The notes under the pieces were generated by a model. It was not told the DNA's origin. It saw only the letters and a list, made by a program, of their open reading frames with translations, and made no database searches. Position numbers and translations under genes: made by a program. This document shows positions 52,333-64,000 of a DNA stretch of 64,000 bases, in pieces (positions within the stretch are counted from its first letter, which is position 1; every line of letters begins with the position of its first letter). The DNA lies in NCBI GenBank assembly GCA_951406725.2, contig OX597816.1, positions 37,572,001 through 37,636,000 of the forward strand, written 5' to 3'. Source of the DNA: Octopus vulgaris. Taxonomy: Eukaryota.

Positions 52333-52444
52333 TGAAGGCTGGAGAGTTTATCAGCCGAAACGTTGTGTTAACAACAAACAAGATGAGGACAAATATCCAT
52401 CAAATGTAAATAATGTGCATAATTCCTCATCTCTTAAATATAGA
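52333..52444 (+). mobile_element. 112-bp retroposed 3' end beginning inside a minimal hammerhead
   Basis: TSD ACAGAGAAATGTGA (52319-52332 / 52445-52458). The motif reads (g)UGAUGA-A-GGCUG...CAGCC-GAAA-CG-UU-GUGUU. Confidence 0.7.
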
Positions 52445-52947
52445 ACAGAGAAATGTGAATGATAAAATAGATAAAAACAATGACACTTAAGATTGCAGCT
52501 TACAATTCTCTAGGGCAAATTCAGTTAAATTTGTTGCAGATATTAACAAGTCAAAAATAAAAATGGATTCTCGGATGATGAGGTTGCAACACACAAAAAG
52601 ACAAGTCATTAGAGTACAAAATAATTAGGGAACAAGATATAAAAAAAAAATAGTCCAAACAAGATGATCAATAATACGACATGTTGACTTGCAATCCAAA
52701 CATATCAACATTTGTTCCTGGTAGTTGGTACACAGGTTACAGAGTCAGTCATTCTTTTATTACCAACTCACATGATAAAGAATTTCATTGAAACATTAGA
52801 CAGATATTCAAATGTCAGCCATTTTATTGCTTTTCGTAAATGTTAAGTATACTCATGATGGATGTTTACATTAAGAAAATATACCAAGATAAGGAAAATG
52901 TTTATAAGAAGTATATACCAATATATACATTAATTTCATATTCTTCA

Positions 52948-52952
<5 letters not shown>

Positions 52953-52998
<46 letters not shown>

Positions 52999-54441
52999 CA
53001 TATATATATATATACATATACATATATATACATATATATATATATACATATACATACACATATATACATACATAGATATATACATATACATATATATACA
53101 TATATACATACATAGATATACATATACATATATACATACATAGATATACATATACATATATACATACATAGATATATACATATATATATACATATACATA
53201 TATACATACATAGATATATACATATATATATATACATATACATATATACATACATAGATATATACATATATATATACATATACATATATATATACACATA
53301 TACATATATATACATACATAGATATATACATATATATATACATACACATATATATACATATACATATATATATACATACACATATATATACATACACATA
53401 TATATACATACACATATATATATACATACATAGATATATACATATACATATATACATACATAGATATATCATCATCATCATGATGATATATCTATGTATG
53501 TATATATACATACATACATACATACATATACATATATATACATACATATACATACATATATATACATATACATACATATACATACATATATATACATATA
53601 CATACATATACATACATATATATACATATACATACATATACATACATATATATACATATATATATACATATATATACATATATATATACATATATATACA
53701 TATATATATACATATATATATACATATATATATATACATACATATATACATATATATATACATATATATATATATATACATACATATATACATATATATA
53801 TACATATATATATATATATAATACATATACATAATACATATACATATATATATATACATATATATATACATACATATACATATATATATATACATATATA
53901 TATACATATATATATATACATATACATACATACATATATATATACATATACATACATATACATACATATATATATATATATACATATACATACATATACA
54001 TACATATATATATATATATACATATACATACATATACATACATATATATATATATATACATATACATACATATACATACATATATATATATATATATATA
54101 CATATACATACATATACATACATATATATATATATACATACATATACATACATACATATATATATATATACATATATATACATATACATACATATATATA
54201 TATATATACATACATATACATACATATATATATATATATATACATACATATATATATATATATACATACATATATATATATACATATACATATATATATA
54301 TATACATATACATATATACATATATATATATATACATACATATACATACATATATATACATACATATACATACATATATATACATACATATACATACATA
54401 CATACATATATATACATATACATACATACATATATATACAT

Positions 54442-54490
<49 letters not shown>
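52953..54490. repeat. ~1.5-kb compound (TA)n/(TACA)n/(TATACA)n microsatellite
   Basis: Direct reading. It is the source of the 518-aa and 351-aa pseudo-ORFs. Confidence 0.95.
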
Positions 54491-54819
54491 GCACCAATCA
54501 AATCTTAACCGTTTGTAATTTTTGCTATGGTTATTTACATAATGCATGTATCTTTAAATAAGGCCCCTAAATTACATAAACCATTTTTATTTTTCATTGA
54601 TTTAAGATGATAGCAAAGAACCATTTCAACAAGAAACATATTTCAAAGTTCTGAGAATAAAAATATCCAATATAAAACAACACAAAATTGAACAACCACA
54701 AAATGTAATAAAATGTTAAAAGTCATCAAAAAACCTTCTTGACACACAAAACACTCATATATGTCCCTCATTAAATCCTCAAAATGTTTTCGCCCGAAGG
54801 CCGCGGCCATGCTGGGGCC

Positions 54820-55165
54820 ATGCTAGGACACAGCCTTGAAAGGTTTTATTTGAACAAACTGACCCCAGTACATATTTTTTTTAATCTGGTACTTAGTCTA
54901 TTGACCTGTTTTGCCAAACCACTAAGTTACAGGAACATAAAAAAAAGCCAACACCTGTTGTCAAGCAATGGAGGAGTTACAAATACAGATACAAAGATAC
55001 ACAGATATATAAGACAGGCTTCCACACAGTTTCCAAATTCGTTCACAAGGCATTGGTCCAGCCAAGGCTAAAGTAGAAAATACTTTCCTAAGGTGGTATG
55101 CAGTGAGACTGATCACTAAACCATGTGGTTGCAAAAAAAAAAGCAAGCTTTTTAACCATACAGCC
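54820..55165 (-). mobile_element. Degenerate CORE-like SINE
   Basis: Reverse-complement homology to 23118-23490. Confidence 0.65.
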
Positions 55166-55222
55166 ATATCACTGCATATATATTTACATATACACATATA
55201 TACATATTTATACATGCATATA

Positions 55223-56447
55223 CAGGAGTTGGACAAAATAATTGAAGCAGCAGAAATTTAACTCCAATATTTCAATGAGCCGTTATATTACAAATACCCA
55301 TCCAAATTTCATTAGTGTTTTCTTTTTTTGTATTGTAGATGGTTTTATTTATCTAATTTAAAGATTATTTCTTTTTCAGATCGTAGTATAAATTAAGCTA
55401 AGATGCGAGACCTCAGTGTGTTTGAAAAAGGGCAAATTGTTGCAGCTCGAATGGCAGGAGTTTCCGTCACCAGAACAGATGAACCCTTTGTTTTTATGAG
55501 AGCTGCCATATCAAGGACCTTGACTGAATTTGAGAAGCAGGGCAAATCCTCCATCAGGAGAAGTAAGTCCGACAGGACCTTGAAGTTCACTGAAAAAGAC
55601 TGACAAGTGTTGAATCACATTGTGATGAAAAATCACTGGACAATTGCCCCTAAAGTGACTACAGAGTTGAATCAACATCTGACTAGCCCAGTTTCAACCA
55701 AAACTGTTCACCGTGAGTTCAATAAACCTCTGCTTTCTCATCAAAACATTCAGAAAAGGCTAAACTGGTGTAGAGATCACAAGGGCTGGTTGACAGACCA
55801 ATGGAAGCAAGTAATATTCTCCAACGAGACCAGTTTTTCTCTTTTCCCTACTGCAGAGTGAGTTTATGTGTGGAGGCAGCCCAGGGAAGCTTTTAATCCT
55901 GACTACCTTCTTCTTACAGTGAAGCAAGGTGGGGGAGCTGTGATGGTTTGAGAAGCCACTTTTTGAATTCTCTTGGTCCAATCATTGCCCTGCATGGTAG
56001 GATCAACAGCAATGATCATCTGAATATTTTGGAAAATTAAGTCCTTCCCATGGACCAGACATTATTCCCTGATGGTGAGTGCAGCTTCCAAGCAGACAAT
56101 GCTCCAATACATACCTCTCATGTGCTTAAGAATTGGTATGTAGAGGATAGTAGTGAGCTACAACACATGAGAGTGGGCCCCCTCAATCTCCAGATCTCAA
56201 TCTCTCAGATTCAGCATCTGTGGTACATCTTGGAGTGAGAAGTTAGAAGTCGTTACCCTCCACCAGGTTTTGGAGCAGGTTTTGCAGAGAGAATGGGTCA
56301 AGATTCCTCTCAATGAAGTCAGGAAGCTGTATGAATCAATTCTTAGATGCACTGAAGCTATTCAGAAAGCTAAATGAGGACCAACTCCATACTAAATAAA
56401 TATTCATTGAATTTAACATATGTTCCAATTATTTTGTCTAACCTCTG
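55223..56447 (+). mobile_element. Full-length degenerate Tc1 element
   Basis: TIRs CAGGAGTTGGACAAAATAATTG / CAATTATTTTGTCTAACCTCTG. Motifs MRDLSVFEKGQIVAAR, WKQVIFSNETSF, FQADNAPIH and HLW. Confidence 0.9.
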
Positions 56448-56457
56448 TGTGTGTATG

Positions 56458-56492
<35 letters not shown>

Positions 56493-56581
56493 TTTTTTTT
56501 TTATATGTCTGTATTAACTTTCTCAACGGTAATGCCATTCCCTGCATGTATATATATATATATATATATATGTATATAATT

Positions 56582-56728
56582 ACACTCACGGAGTGGTTGG
56601 TGTTAGGAAGGGCATCCAGCTGTAGAAACACTGCCAGATCTGACTGGTCTGGTGCAGCCTTCGGGCTTCCCAGACCCCAGTTGAACCGTCCAACCCATGC
56701 TAGCATGGAAAGCGGATGTTAAACGATG

Positions 56729-56733
<5 letters not shown>
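56582..56733 (+). mobile_element. 3' part of a SINE-like repeat with RTE-type (GAT)n tail
   Basis: GTTAGGAAGGGCATCCAGCTGTAGAAAC...GCTAGCATGGAAAGCGGATGTTAAACGATGATG. Other copies at 58410-58698, 60957-61360 and 62930-63299. Confidence 0.8.
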
Positions 56734-56790
<57 letters not shown>

Positions 56791-56791
<1 letters not shown>

Positions 56792-57111
56792 CCCCTGCCC
56801 AATTCAAGATCACAACATACATGTACACTGCAACATAATTTCTTTTCCTCAACAGGCCCTGCCCTATTTAACATTGTCCCAAGGGAGATCAAAGAGGAAA
56901 AGGATCCCATCAACTTTAAACGGAGTCTGGATAGATTCCTTCAAAGAATACCAGATAAGCCACCCATAATTGGATACAACTCACCCAACAAGAACTCACT
57001 ACTTGAACAAAACTTGCCTTAAACAGGATTCGAATAATCCTATCAGGTGGTGCTATTAAGTTAGACATGGCCTGGACCAATCTTTGGTCGAAACATATTT
57101 AAGTTTATCTA

Positions 57112-57118
<7 letters not shown>
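56791..57118 (+). mobile_element. 3' fragment of the 44820 CR1-group LINE in (TA)n
   Basis: Near-identical to 46953-47270. Confidence 0.92.
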
Positions 57119-57151
<33 letters not shown>

Positions 57152-57191
57152 AATGTAATTCTTTTTCCCAAATAAATTGCACTTCATATTT

Positions 57192-57270
57192 GAGGCTCTG
57201 ATGAAGCTATAGGATGTTATTCAGGCACTTGACAATGAGTCCACTGCTTCTAATAGCAGAAACAGCTGTA
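57192..57270 (+). ncRNA. Partial type I hammerhead (3' strand of stem I missing)
   Basis: GAGGCU-CUGAUGA-AGCUAUAGGA...UUCUAAUAGCA-GAAA-CAGCUG-UA, with palindromic ACAGCUGU. Confidence 0.45.
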
Positions 57271-57353
57271 CACTAATGATTCATAACAAAACCATTTCCT
57301 TCCATTATCATCTCATTTTCTTATATATATGCGTGTGTGTGTGTGTGTGTGTG

Positions 57354-57675
57354 TGGAGCCACAATGGCCCAATGGTTAGGGTAGCAGACTCACGGTCATA
57401 GGATCGCGGTTTCGATTCCCAGACCAGGTGTTGTGAGTGTTTATTGAGCGAAAACACCTAAAGCTCCACAGGGCTCCAGCAGGGGGTGGGGGTGGGGTGG
57501 GGGTGGAAATCCCTACTGTACTCTTTCACCACAACTTTCTCTCACTCTTTCTTCTGTTGGCCTGCTCGCTTAGCCAGCGAGGTGGCGTCATCCGAAGGCT
57601 AAAACAATGCGAAGCGCATTGTGATCAGTGATGTGTAGCAACATCTGAAAGCCTGGGCGGTCACGGTGATCACGG

Positions 57676-57678
<3 letters not shown>
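57354..57678 (+). mobile_element. tRNA SINE with the 39477 head but a different 3' half
   Basis: Homologous to 39477-39655, then divergent. Confidence 0.75.
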
Positions 57679-57713
<35 letters not shown>

Positions 57714-58409
57714 GACTACTCTGAAATTTTATCTCCAAAACAAATTTACAAACAAATAAGTTGGTTGATCTCTCTGACATACCAAAATATGCATTATCAG
57801 AAAAGTGACAAAGAAACAATGCTCCAGGAAATACTGTTACAATTATGATCACAAAATTTAATATTTTAAATTACTTTGCTTTTATAAATTTCCTGTCTGA
57901 AACACAGATTAGCTGTTATTTGAAATGTTTAAAATCTTGGACATTATGCTGTCTGCTATTCGAAATGCCCATCTCTTTGGGAAGTATTTCAGCAGTGAAT
58001 ACCCAATGCATTTTCTTCATCATTACAATCTAGTGCCCTATCCAAAATCCAGAAATTAATTTCCTTCTAATTTTTTGTAATCATACATATTTTTGGCAGC
58101 ACACAAAGTAATCAGCCAACATATTTTCCGTAGTGAAAATATTGTGTTATGGTTTAAATCTTGAGTATCTAATACTGTATATGATATAATATATATATAT
58201 ATATTTATACACACACACAAGTGTATATACATACATACGTATACACATATATACATATACACGTGCATATTCATTAACACACACACATATATATATATAT
58301 ATGTAGTTAAGTCTATGTCCAGTCATAGACTTAACTACACATAGATACATTACTGCTCTATACTTTAGAGAGTGCTTCTTTTTTGGATATATATATATAT
58401 ATAAAACAT

Positions 58410-58698
58410 TCGAGCGAGGTTGTTGCTAGTGCCACTGGACTGACTCCTGCGCAGGTGGCACATAAAAAACATTATTTGAGTCTGGCTGTTGTCAGTACCG
58501 CCTGACTGGCCCTAGTGCCGGTGGCACATAAAAGCACCCACTACACTCTCAGAGTGGTTGGCGTTAGGAAGGGCATCCAGCTGTAGAAACTCTGCCAGAT
58601 CAGATTGGAGTCTGGTGCAGCCATCTGGTTCGCCAGACCTCAGTCAAATCGTCCAAACCATGCTAGCATGGAAAGCGGATGTTAAACGATGATGATGA
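58410..58698 (+). mobile_element. SINE-like repeat with (GAT)n tail
   Basis: Same family as 56582. Confidence 0.8.
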
Positions 58699-59299
58699 TA
58701 TATACATACACATACACACACACACACATATATATATATACACGTGTATATGCATATACACATACACCCCAACATCACCATAATAATGTAAAGGCTGACT
58801 TTGATGAGATTTTGCCAAACAGTTGCATTTGACAAAGAGGTTCAGTAGAATACCCTCCATGTACAGCAGCTCTCACACCACTCATCTTTCTTTTATGTAG
58901 ATACTGAATAGATAAAGGTTTCAGTGCAAAACCAGCAACAGCCAACAAATTGAGGGTAGCCATTAAATGAGAATGCACACAATCACTGAATAAAGTGTTT
59001 CTTGGTGCCTGCAATTCCATTGTTTTACCTTAACAGCAGTGCCTGGACAACAATCATCAATTTGAAAACAAGTCTTCATAAAAAAAAATTAAATTCTATG
59101 TGTAGATTATCTTTAAGTTTGAAAAAGAAATGTATTTTAATAAACACTGACTTGATAATTATTCATTTTGAGGGTACCCTATCCGTGTATACAGATAAGA
59201 TAGATAAGCAGCTAGAATAGATAGATAGATTATGTAATAGAAAAGATCAATCAGATAAAGAAGATAGATTAGATAGAGTAGAACAGATAGATATCCTCA

Positions 59300-59366
<67 letters not shown>

Positions 59367-59473
59367 TTAAAATGAGGGTGAGAAATTAGATATTAATTTA
59401 ATTAACATCGATTTCACACCAGTGGTCTAGCATATAAAAAAAACTGAAGGTTGAGTAAAATGGTATTATATAC

Positions 59474-59638
59474 ATATTAGAGGGAAACCACTATGTGGAC
59501 ACCCATATGCTAGAAATAGATCCGCTATGTCTTACCATTTTTGGGCTGTTTTGCTAAATTTTTCTTGAGTACATTTCTTAGTGGTAAGACCATTGCGGAT
59601 CTATTTCTAGCATATGGGTGTCCACATAGTGGTTTCCC

Positions 59639-59646
<8 letters not shown>
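59474..59646. repeat. Long hairpin: ~65-bp near-perfect inverted arms with a ~45-bp spacer
   Basis: ATATTAGAGGGAAACCACTATGTGGACACCCATATGCTAGAAATAGATCCGC is mirrored exactly. Confidence 0.92.
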
Positions 59647-59709
<63 letters not shown>

Positions 59710-60665
59710 TTGTGCATGGGAGTCAGAAGTGATTATCTTTGTGAATACAAATTCAGTTCTTTTGCTTTTACAACTGTCAATATTTGCAACACAGAAATTA
59801 TCACAACTGCATGCATTTAACATTTACCAAAATGCCGGGACTACTACAGTCCCTTGTATATAGTCAATACATAACTTTAATAGCTAATTTGAAAATGAAT
59901 GCTTTTTTTGAGGTAATCAACAATATGTTCAATTATATGGAATTTTTCAAAGACACAGAGGTAATTAAGTAAGCCGCTCATCTTACGATACGTTCTTTTT
60001 CTTTTAAATGACAATTTTAGGAAAAGGCATCATTAAAATAATCAAAATCTTTCAGATATGAGCATCCTTCAAGTGTATATAAATATAAACATATGTATAA
60101 CACACACACACACACACACGCACATATATATGTAAACTGTTAAAGAACTGTGAAGTTGATATGATGTTCCGTGGAGATCAAATTCCTGTCATTTATTGTC
60201 TTCAACTTATTCCGCATGAATTGGAGCAATCAGCAATATTTTTTGGACAACTTCAGTAATTTCATCTGAAAAAATATCAATTTATACATAAATGTTATTA
60301 TACATTTGAGTACAGACAGTATTTATTTGCAATTTTCAACTACTAATTTTATACATTTTATTTTTTACTTTGTTGTCAGTCGTTTTCTTAAAAACAATAA
60401 CCATTTTTGCTTTATTTTTTTTTTTTTTTTGCAGAATAATAGACTAATGGAAAATTTGGAACCCAACCCTCTTCCAATATGTGGAACAGGCATGGAGTCT
60501 GTCTTGGAATCCATGCTGGAAGGAGAAACAAGGAGATTTCAGACTTCCTCAACATCAGCAGAAGAATGGTGGTAAAGGCAAGAAAGGAACTGAAAGATTC
60601 AGGATTCAACTACAAAATAACAGCAGAGAGGAAAACCTATGATCAACGATCTGATGCCATCAGAA

Positions 60666-60867
60666 GGCGGCGAGCTGGCAGAAACGTTAGCACGCCGGGC
60701 GAAATGTGTAGTTCAAATTCCGCCGAGGTCGACTTTGCCTTTCATCCTTTCGGGGTTGATTAAATAAGTACCAGTTACGCACTGGGGTCGATGTAATTGA
60801 CTTAATCCCTTTGTCTGTCCTTGTTTGTCCCCTCTATGTTTAGCCCCCTGTGGGCAATAAAGAAATA
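60666..60867 (+). mobile_element. GGCGGCGAGCTGG SINE with internal deletion
   Basis: 18-bp TSD GATCTGATGCCATCAGAA on both sides. Confidence 0.92.
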
Positions 60868-60956
60868 GATCTGATGCCATCAGAACACCAATCCCGACAA
60901 GCCAATGCATGTCATTGCACAGGAGAAAGGTGTGGATGAAAAGCTTGTCTGGCTGG

Positions 60957-61360
60957 AGGTGCATGGGGATGTTCTGTGCCGGTGGCACGTAAAAAAGCAC
61001 CATCCGAACGTGGCCGATGCCAGCACCGCCTTGACTGGCTTCTGTGCCGGTGGCACGTTAAAAGCACCATCCGAATGAGGCCGATGCCAGCGCCGCCTTG
61101 ACTGGCTTCCGTGCCGGTGGCACGTTAAAAGCACCAACCAATCATGGCCGCTGCCGGACTCCCCAGGCACCTGTGCCGGTGGCACGTAAAAAGCACCCAC
61201 AACACTCGCGGAGCGGTTGGCGCTAGGAAGGGCATCCAGCTGTAGAAACACTGCCAGATCAGACTGGAGCCAGGTGCAACCTCCTGGCTTCCCAGACCCC
61301 GGTCGAACCGTCCAACCCGTGCTAGCGCGGAAAACGGACATTAAACGATAATGATGATGA
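60957..61360 (+). mobile_element. SINE-like repeat with four ~60-70-bp internal tandem units and (GAT)n tail
   Basis: GTGCCGGTGGCACGT(A/T)AAAAGCACC is repeated four times. Confidence 0.85.
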
Positions 61361-62929
61361 GGAGGACGAGGAGGAAGGGACAATTTCTGTCCAAAATAAA
61401 GCAGGAAAAGCAACTCAAGCACACCAAGAAGCAGATCAACAAGTTGGAACACCTGTTGGAGCTAGACATGCTGTGGTTCTTCTCCAACAAGAAGAATTTC
61501 TGCCAAGATCAGATCAAATCCCAAAACAACAGGTGGCTCACTGTCCCACCCAAGGACATGCCCAGAATCATGCAGACAAAATTTCCAGTAAAAATTATGG
61601 TCTTCGGTGTCATCATCAGTGAAGGTGACATCATGTCACCCTACTTCTTCCCTGAGAGCCTGAGATTGAACATCAACAGCTACATCTGTGTTTTGTGTGA
61701 GATGGTGAAACCCTGGATCCACTGGGTAGCTGCAGGGAGGCCATACGTGTGGCAGCAAGACTCTGTGCCCTGTCACACCAGACTGAAGTCTCTGAAGACA
61801 TTGGCTGTTGGAGAATTTCTTCGATCCCACATCACCTGATATTTGGCTTCTCAACTCACCTGACTTAAAACCCCATAGACTTCTCTGTGTGGAACACAGC
61901 AGAATGAGAGACCAACAAATCCAGATGCAACACCAAGGACAAGCTGAGGGCCAGAATTACAAGATCCTTCAGGGGCCTAAAATGGGAGATATTGACAAAT
62001 ACCAAGGCCGGTTCCGAGGTCACCTGGAGGCTGTCATTGAGGCCAAAAGCAGGTTTATTGAGTGAGATTAACAGAGCATGTCATGAAGACAAACTGACCC
62101 CAAATTTGACAAATATATCTCAAAAAATAAAAAACACAGTTTTATTTTTTCCTGAGACAGTCATCATGGGAACAAAAAATGTTTGCACCCTGTATATGTG
62201 AGTATTTGTGTGCATATAAAAAAGACACACAGACACACATATTTTACCACTCATTTGTTTAATATTTGTTTCCCATGCTAGCAATGATTAGATGAAGGTT
62301 TATTACAGATGCCTTGTTTTACAACCATTACTGTCTCTCTTCCATTACCCACTACTGTTACTGTCTCTCATAACTCCCAATCATTACTGTCACTTTTCAC
62401 TGACCCCCTATCAACATAGTCTTTCTCCCATTTACTCATTTCTCTCCCATCTGCTAACTCCAGTCACTCTGTTTCTCCCATCATACTCTAGTTTCTCTAA
62501 CCCATCTATATTGGTTCATTGCTCTCTCATCTACTGATCTTCTTGTTCATGCTAACTCAAATCACCAAAAACAGTATACTAAGGCTCTTTAATTTTGCAG
62601 GATATAATGCAACCTTGTTGTGCTAATGCTACAAGACAATATGCAAAGTATATATTGTAAGTGGCTGGCAAATGAACAAGCAGGGACAACATGTGGTCAA
62701 GAGAAAGCTTTAGTCTTGCCAAGGATATGACAAGCTCGCTAGTGTTTTTAGTGTGTATATATATATATATATATTAGTGTTTTTTTAGCCTCTCACAGAC
62801 AATGACGAAAGACCGAGATCTCTGGAGATATGCTGCGACTGCAAAGACCCTACAAATAACATGAGTTCATGGCTGTTTCCTGCACTAGTTTCGCATAGCA
62901 TCCCCAGCCCATCCTAAGTACCTTGGATT

Positions 62930-63299
62930 GCAGAACGACCTGCTGTGCTTACCTTGGATCATAGGGTGACCTGTTGTGCTTGAGGAGACCTATTGAGTCA
63001 AGTACATCAACATCAAAATAAATATCAAATGGAAATTGCAGTTGTGATACCTGTGCCAGTGGCACGTAAAAAGCACCAACCAATTATGGCCGCTGCCAGC
63101 TTCCCCTGGCATCTGTGACGGTAGCACGTAAAAAGCACCCACCACATTCACGGAGTGGTTGGTGTTAGGAAGGGCAGCCAGCTGTAGAAACACTGCCAGA
63201 TCAGACTGGAGCCTGGTGCAGCCTCCTGGCTTCCCAGACCCCAGTCGAACCGTCCAACCCGTGCTAGCACGGAAAACGGACGTTAAACGATGATGATGA
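62930..63299 (+). mobile_element. SINE-like repeat with (GAT)n tail
   Basis: Same family as 60957. Confidence 0.8.
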
Positions 63300-64000
63300 A
63301 ATAAATCATTTGTGCAGATCGTTCAGCAAAAGCTGAACACTCATATCATCTTCAATGAGAGAGCCCATCATATGATAAACTACATACACACAGTACACTC
63401 TGTAAAGTTGTTTGTTTCAGGATCATAATATAATAGTTCTTAGTTCCTCATCAACTCCTTCCATCCTTACACACGACCCTATACATTTTGATATCATCAT
63501 TTTATCTTTCAGTTTTAATAACAACTTATCAAATCAATTAAAAATTCTTCAAGGTGGTGCCCCAGCAAGGCCTAAGTCTAATGACTGAAACAAGTAAAAG
63601 ATTAAAGATAGATGAATAGATCATTCATTTTAGGAATGATGAATCGCAAAGTAAATAAAGATATGAATAACAGCAAATAAATATTGGGTTAAAAATCTTT
63701 TGGAAAGAAAAAGTTAAAGGCTGCCTGTGGTATTTGATGATTTCCCAGACTTAGATACATTTAGTGAAACCATCATCATCATCATGTAACATCCATGATC
63801 CATGGTGGCATGGACGGGACAACATGGTAGGACCACACATTTATGCAGAGATAAGAATCACATATAAACTACATAAGATTATGAGACAAGGAGGAGGAAC
63901 AAATATATAGTATCAGACAAGAAGAACATGTGCCTGAAAAAGCGTAGAAATATAAAGTGGCAAAAACAACAACAGAAGAAGTGTATAATGAAATATATTA

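Larger units (their letters stand above)
60445..62192 (+). mobile_element. Degenerate Tc1/mariner element of DD37D (maT)-like type, interrupted by two retroposons
   Basis: WFFSNKKNF, NNRWL, KFPVKIMVFGVI, WQQDSVPCH and WLLNSPDL. The right end reads CACCCTG|TA. Confidence 0.75.

Noticed and set aside
52902-54561. Long ORFs (518, 355, 351 aa) and similar YIYI/MYVC/HTHT/LSIY ORFs throughout the window
   Set aside because: They are translations of stop-free microsatellites, with no protein features.
60150-60275. Possible minus-strand terminal host exon (TTTTTTCAG|ATGAAATT..., EITEVVQKILLIAPIHAE*)
   Set aside because: Only an acceptor-like motif and a short frame, with no recognisable homology or partner exons.

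Overview
This is AT-rich, microsatellite-saturated animal DNA, not prokaryotic. The SINE, LINE and microsatellite landscape looks cephalopod (octopus-like); that assignment is my inference. No host protein-coding exon can be supported, and most listed ORFs are translations of (TA)n/(CA)n/(GATA)n/(CATA)n tracts. The window is a nest of transposable elements. DNA elements include degenerate mariner/Tc1/DD37D transposons, piggyBac-type and foldback MITEs, and a non-autonomous Helitron. Retroelements include two deleted Ty3/gypsy elements (one with Gmr1-like INT-before-RT order), RTE, CR1-group, Tx1-like and R4/Dong-like LINEs, Penelope-like elements (PLEs) and several tRNA-derived SINE families. 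The main finding is a family of short non-coding repeats in (TA)n tracts (10681-11825 as a tandem array, 28390-29075, 47319-47645). Each carries all hammerhead-ribozyme core elements (UH cleavage site, GAAA, CUGANGA), and stems I and III co-vary between divergent copies. The three strands are in a non-circularly permuted order that matches none of the canonical types I/II/III. Several conventional minimal type I hammerheads at PLE-like ends are also present. All alignments and base-pairings were done by eye.
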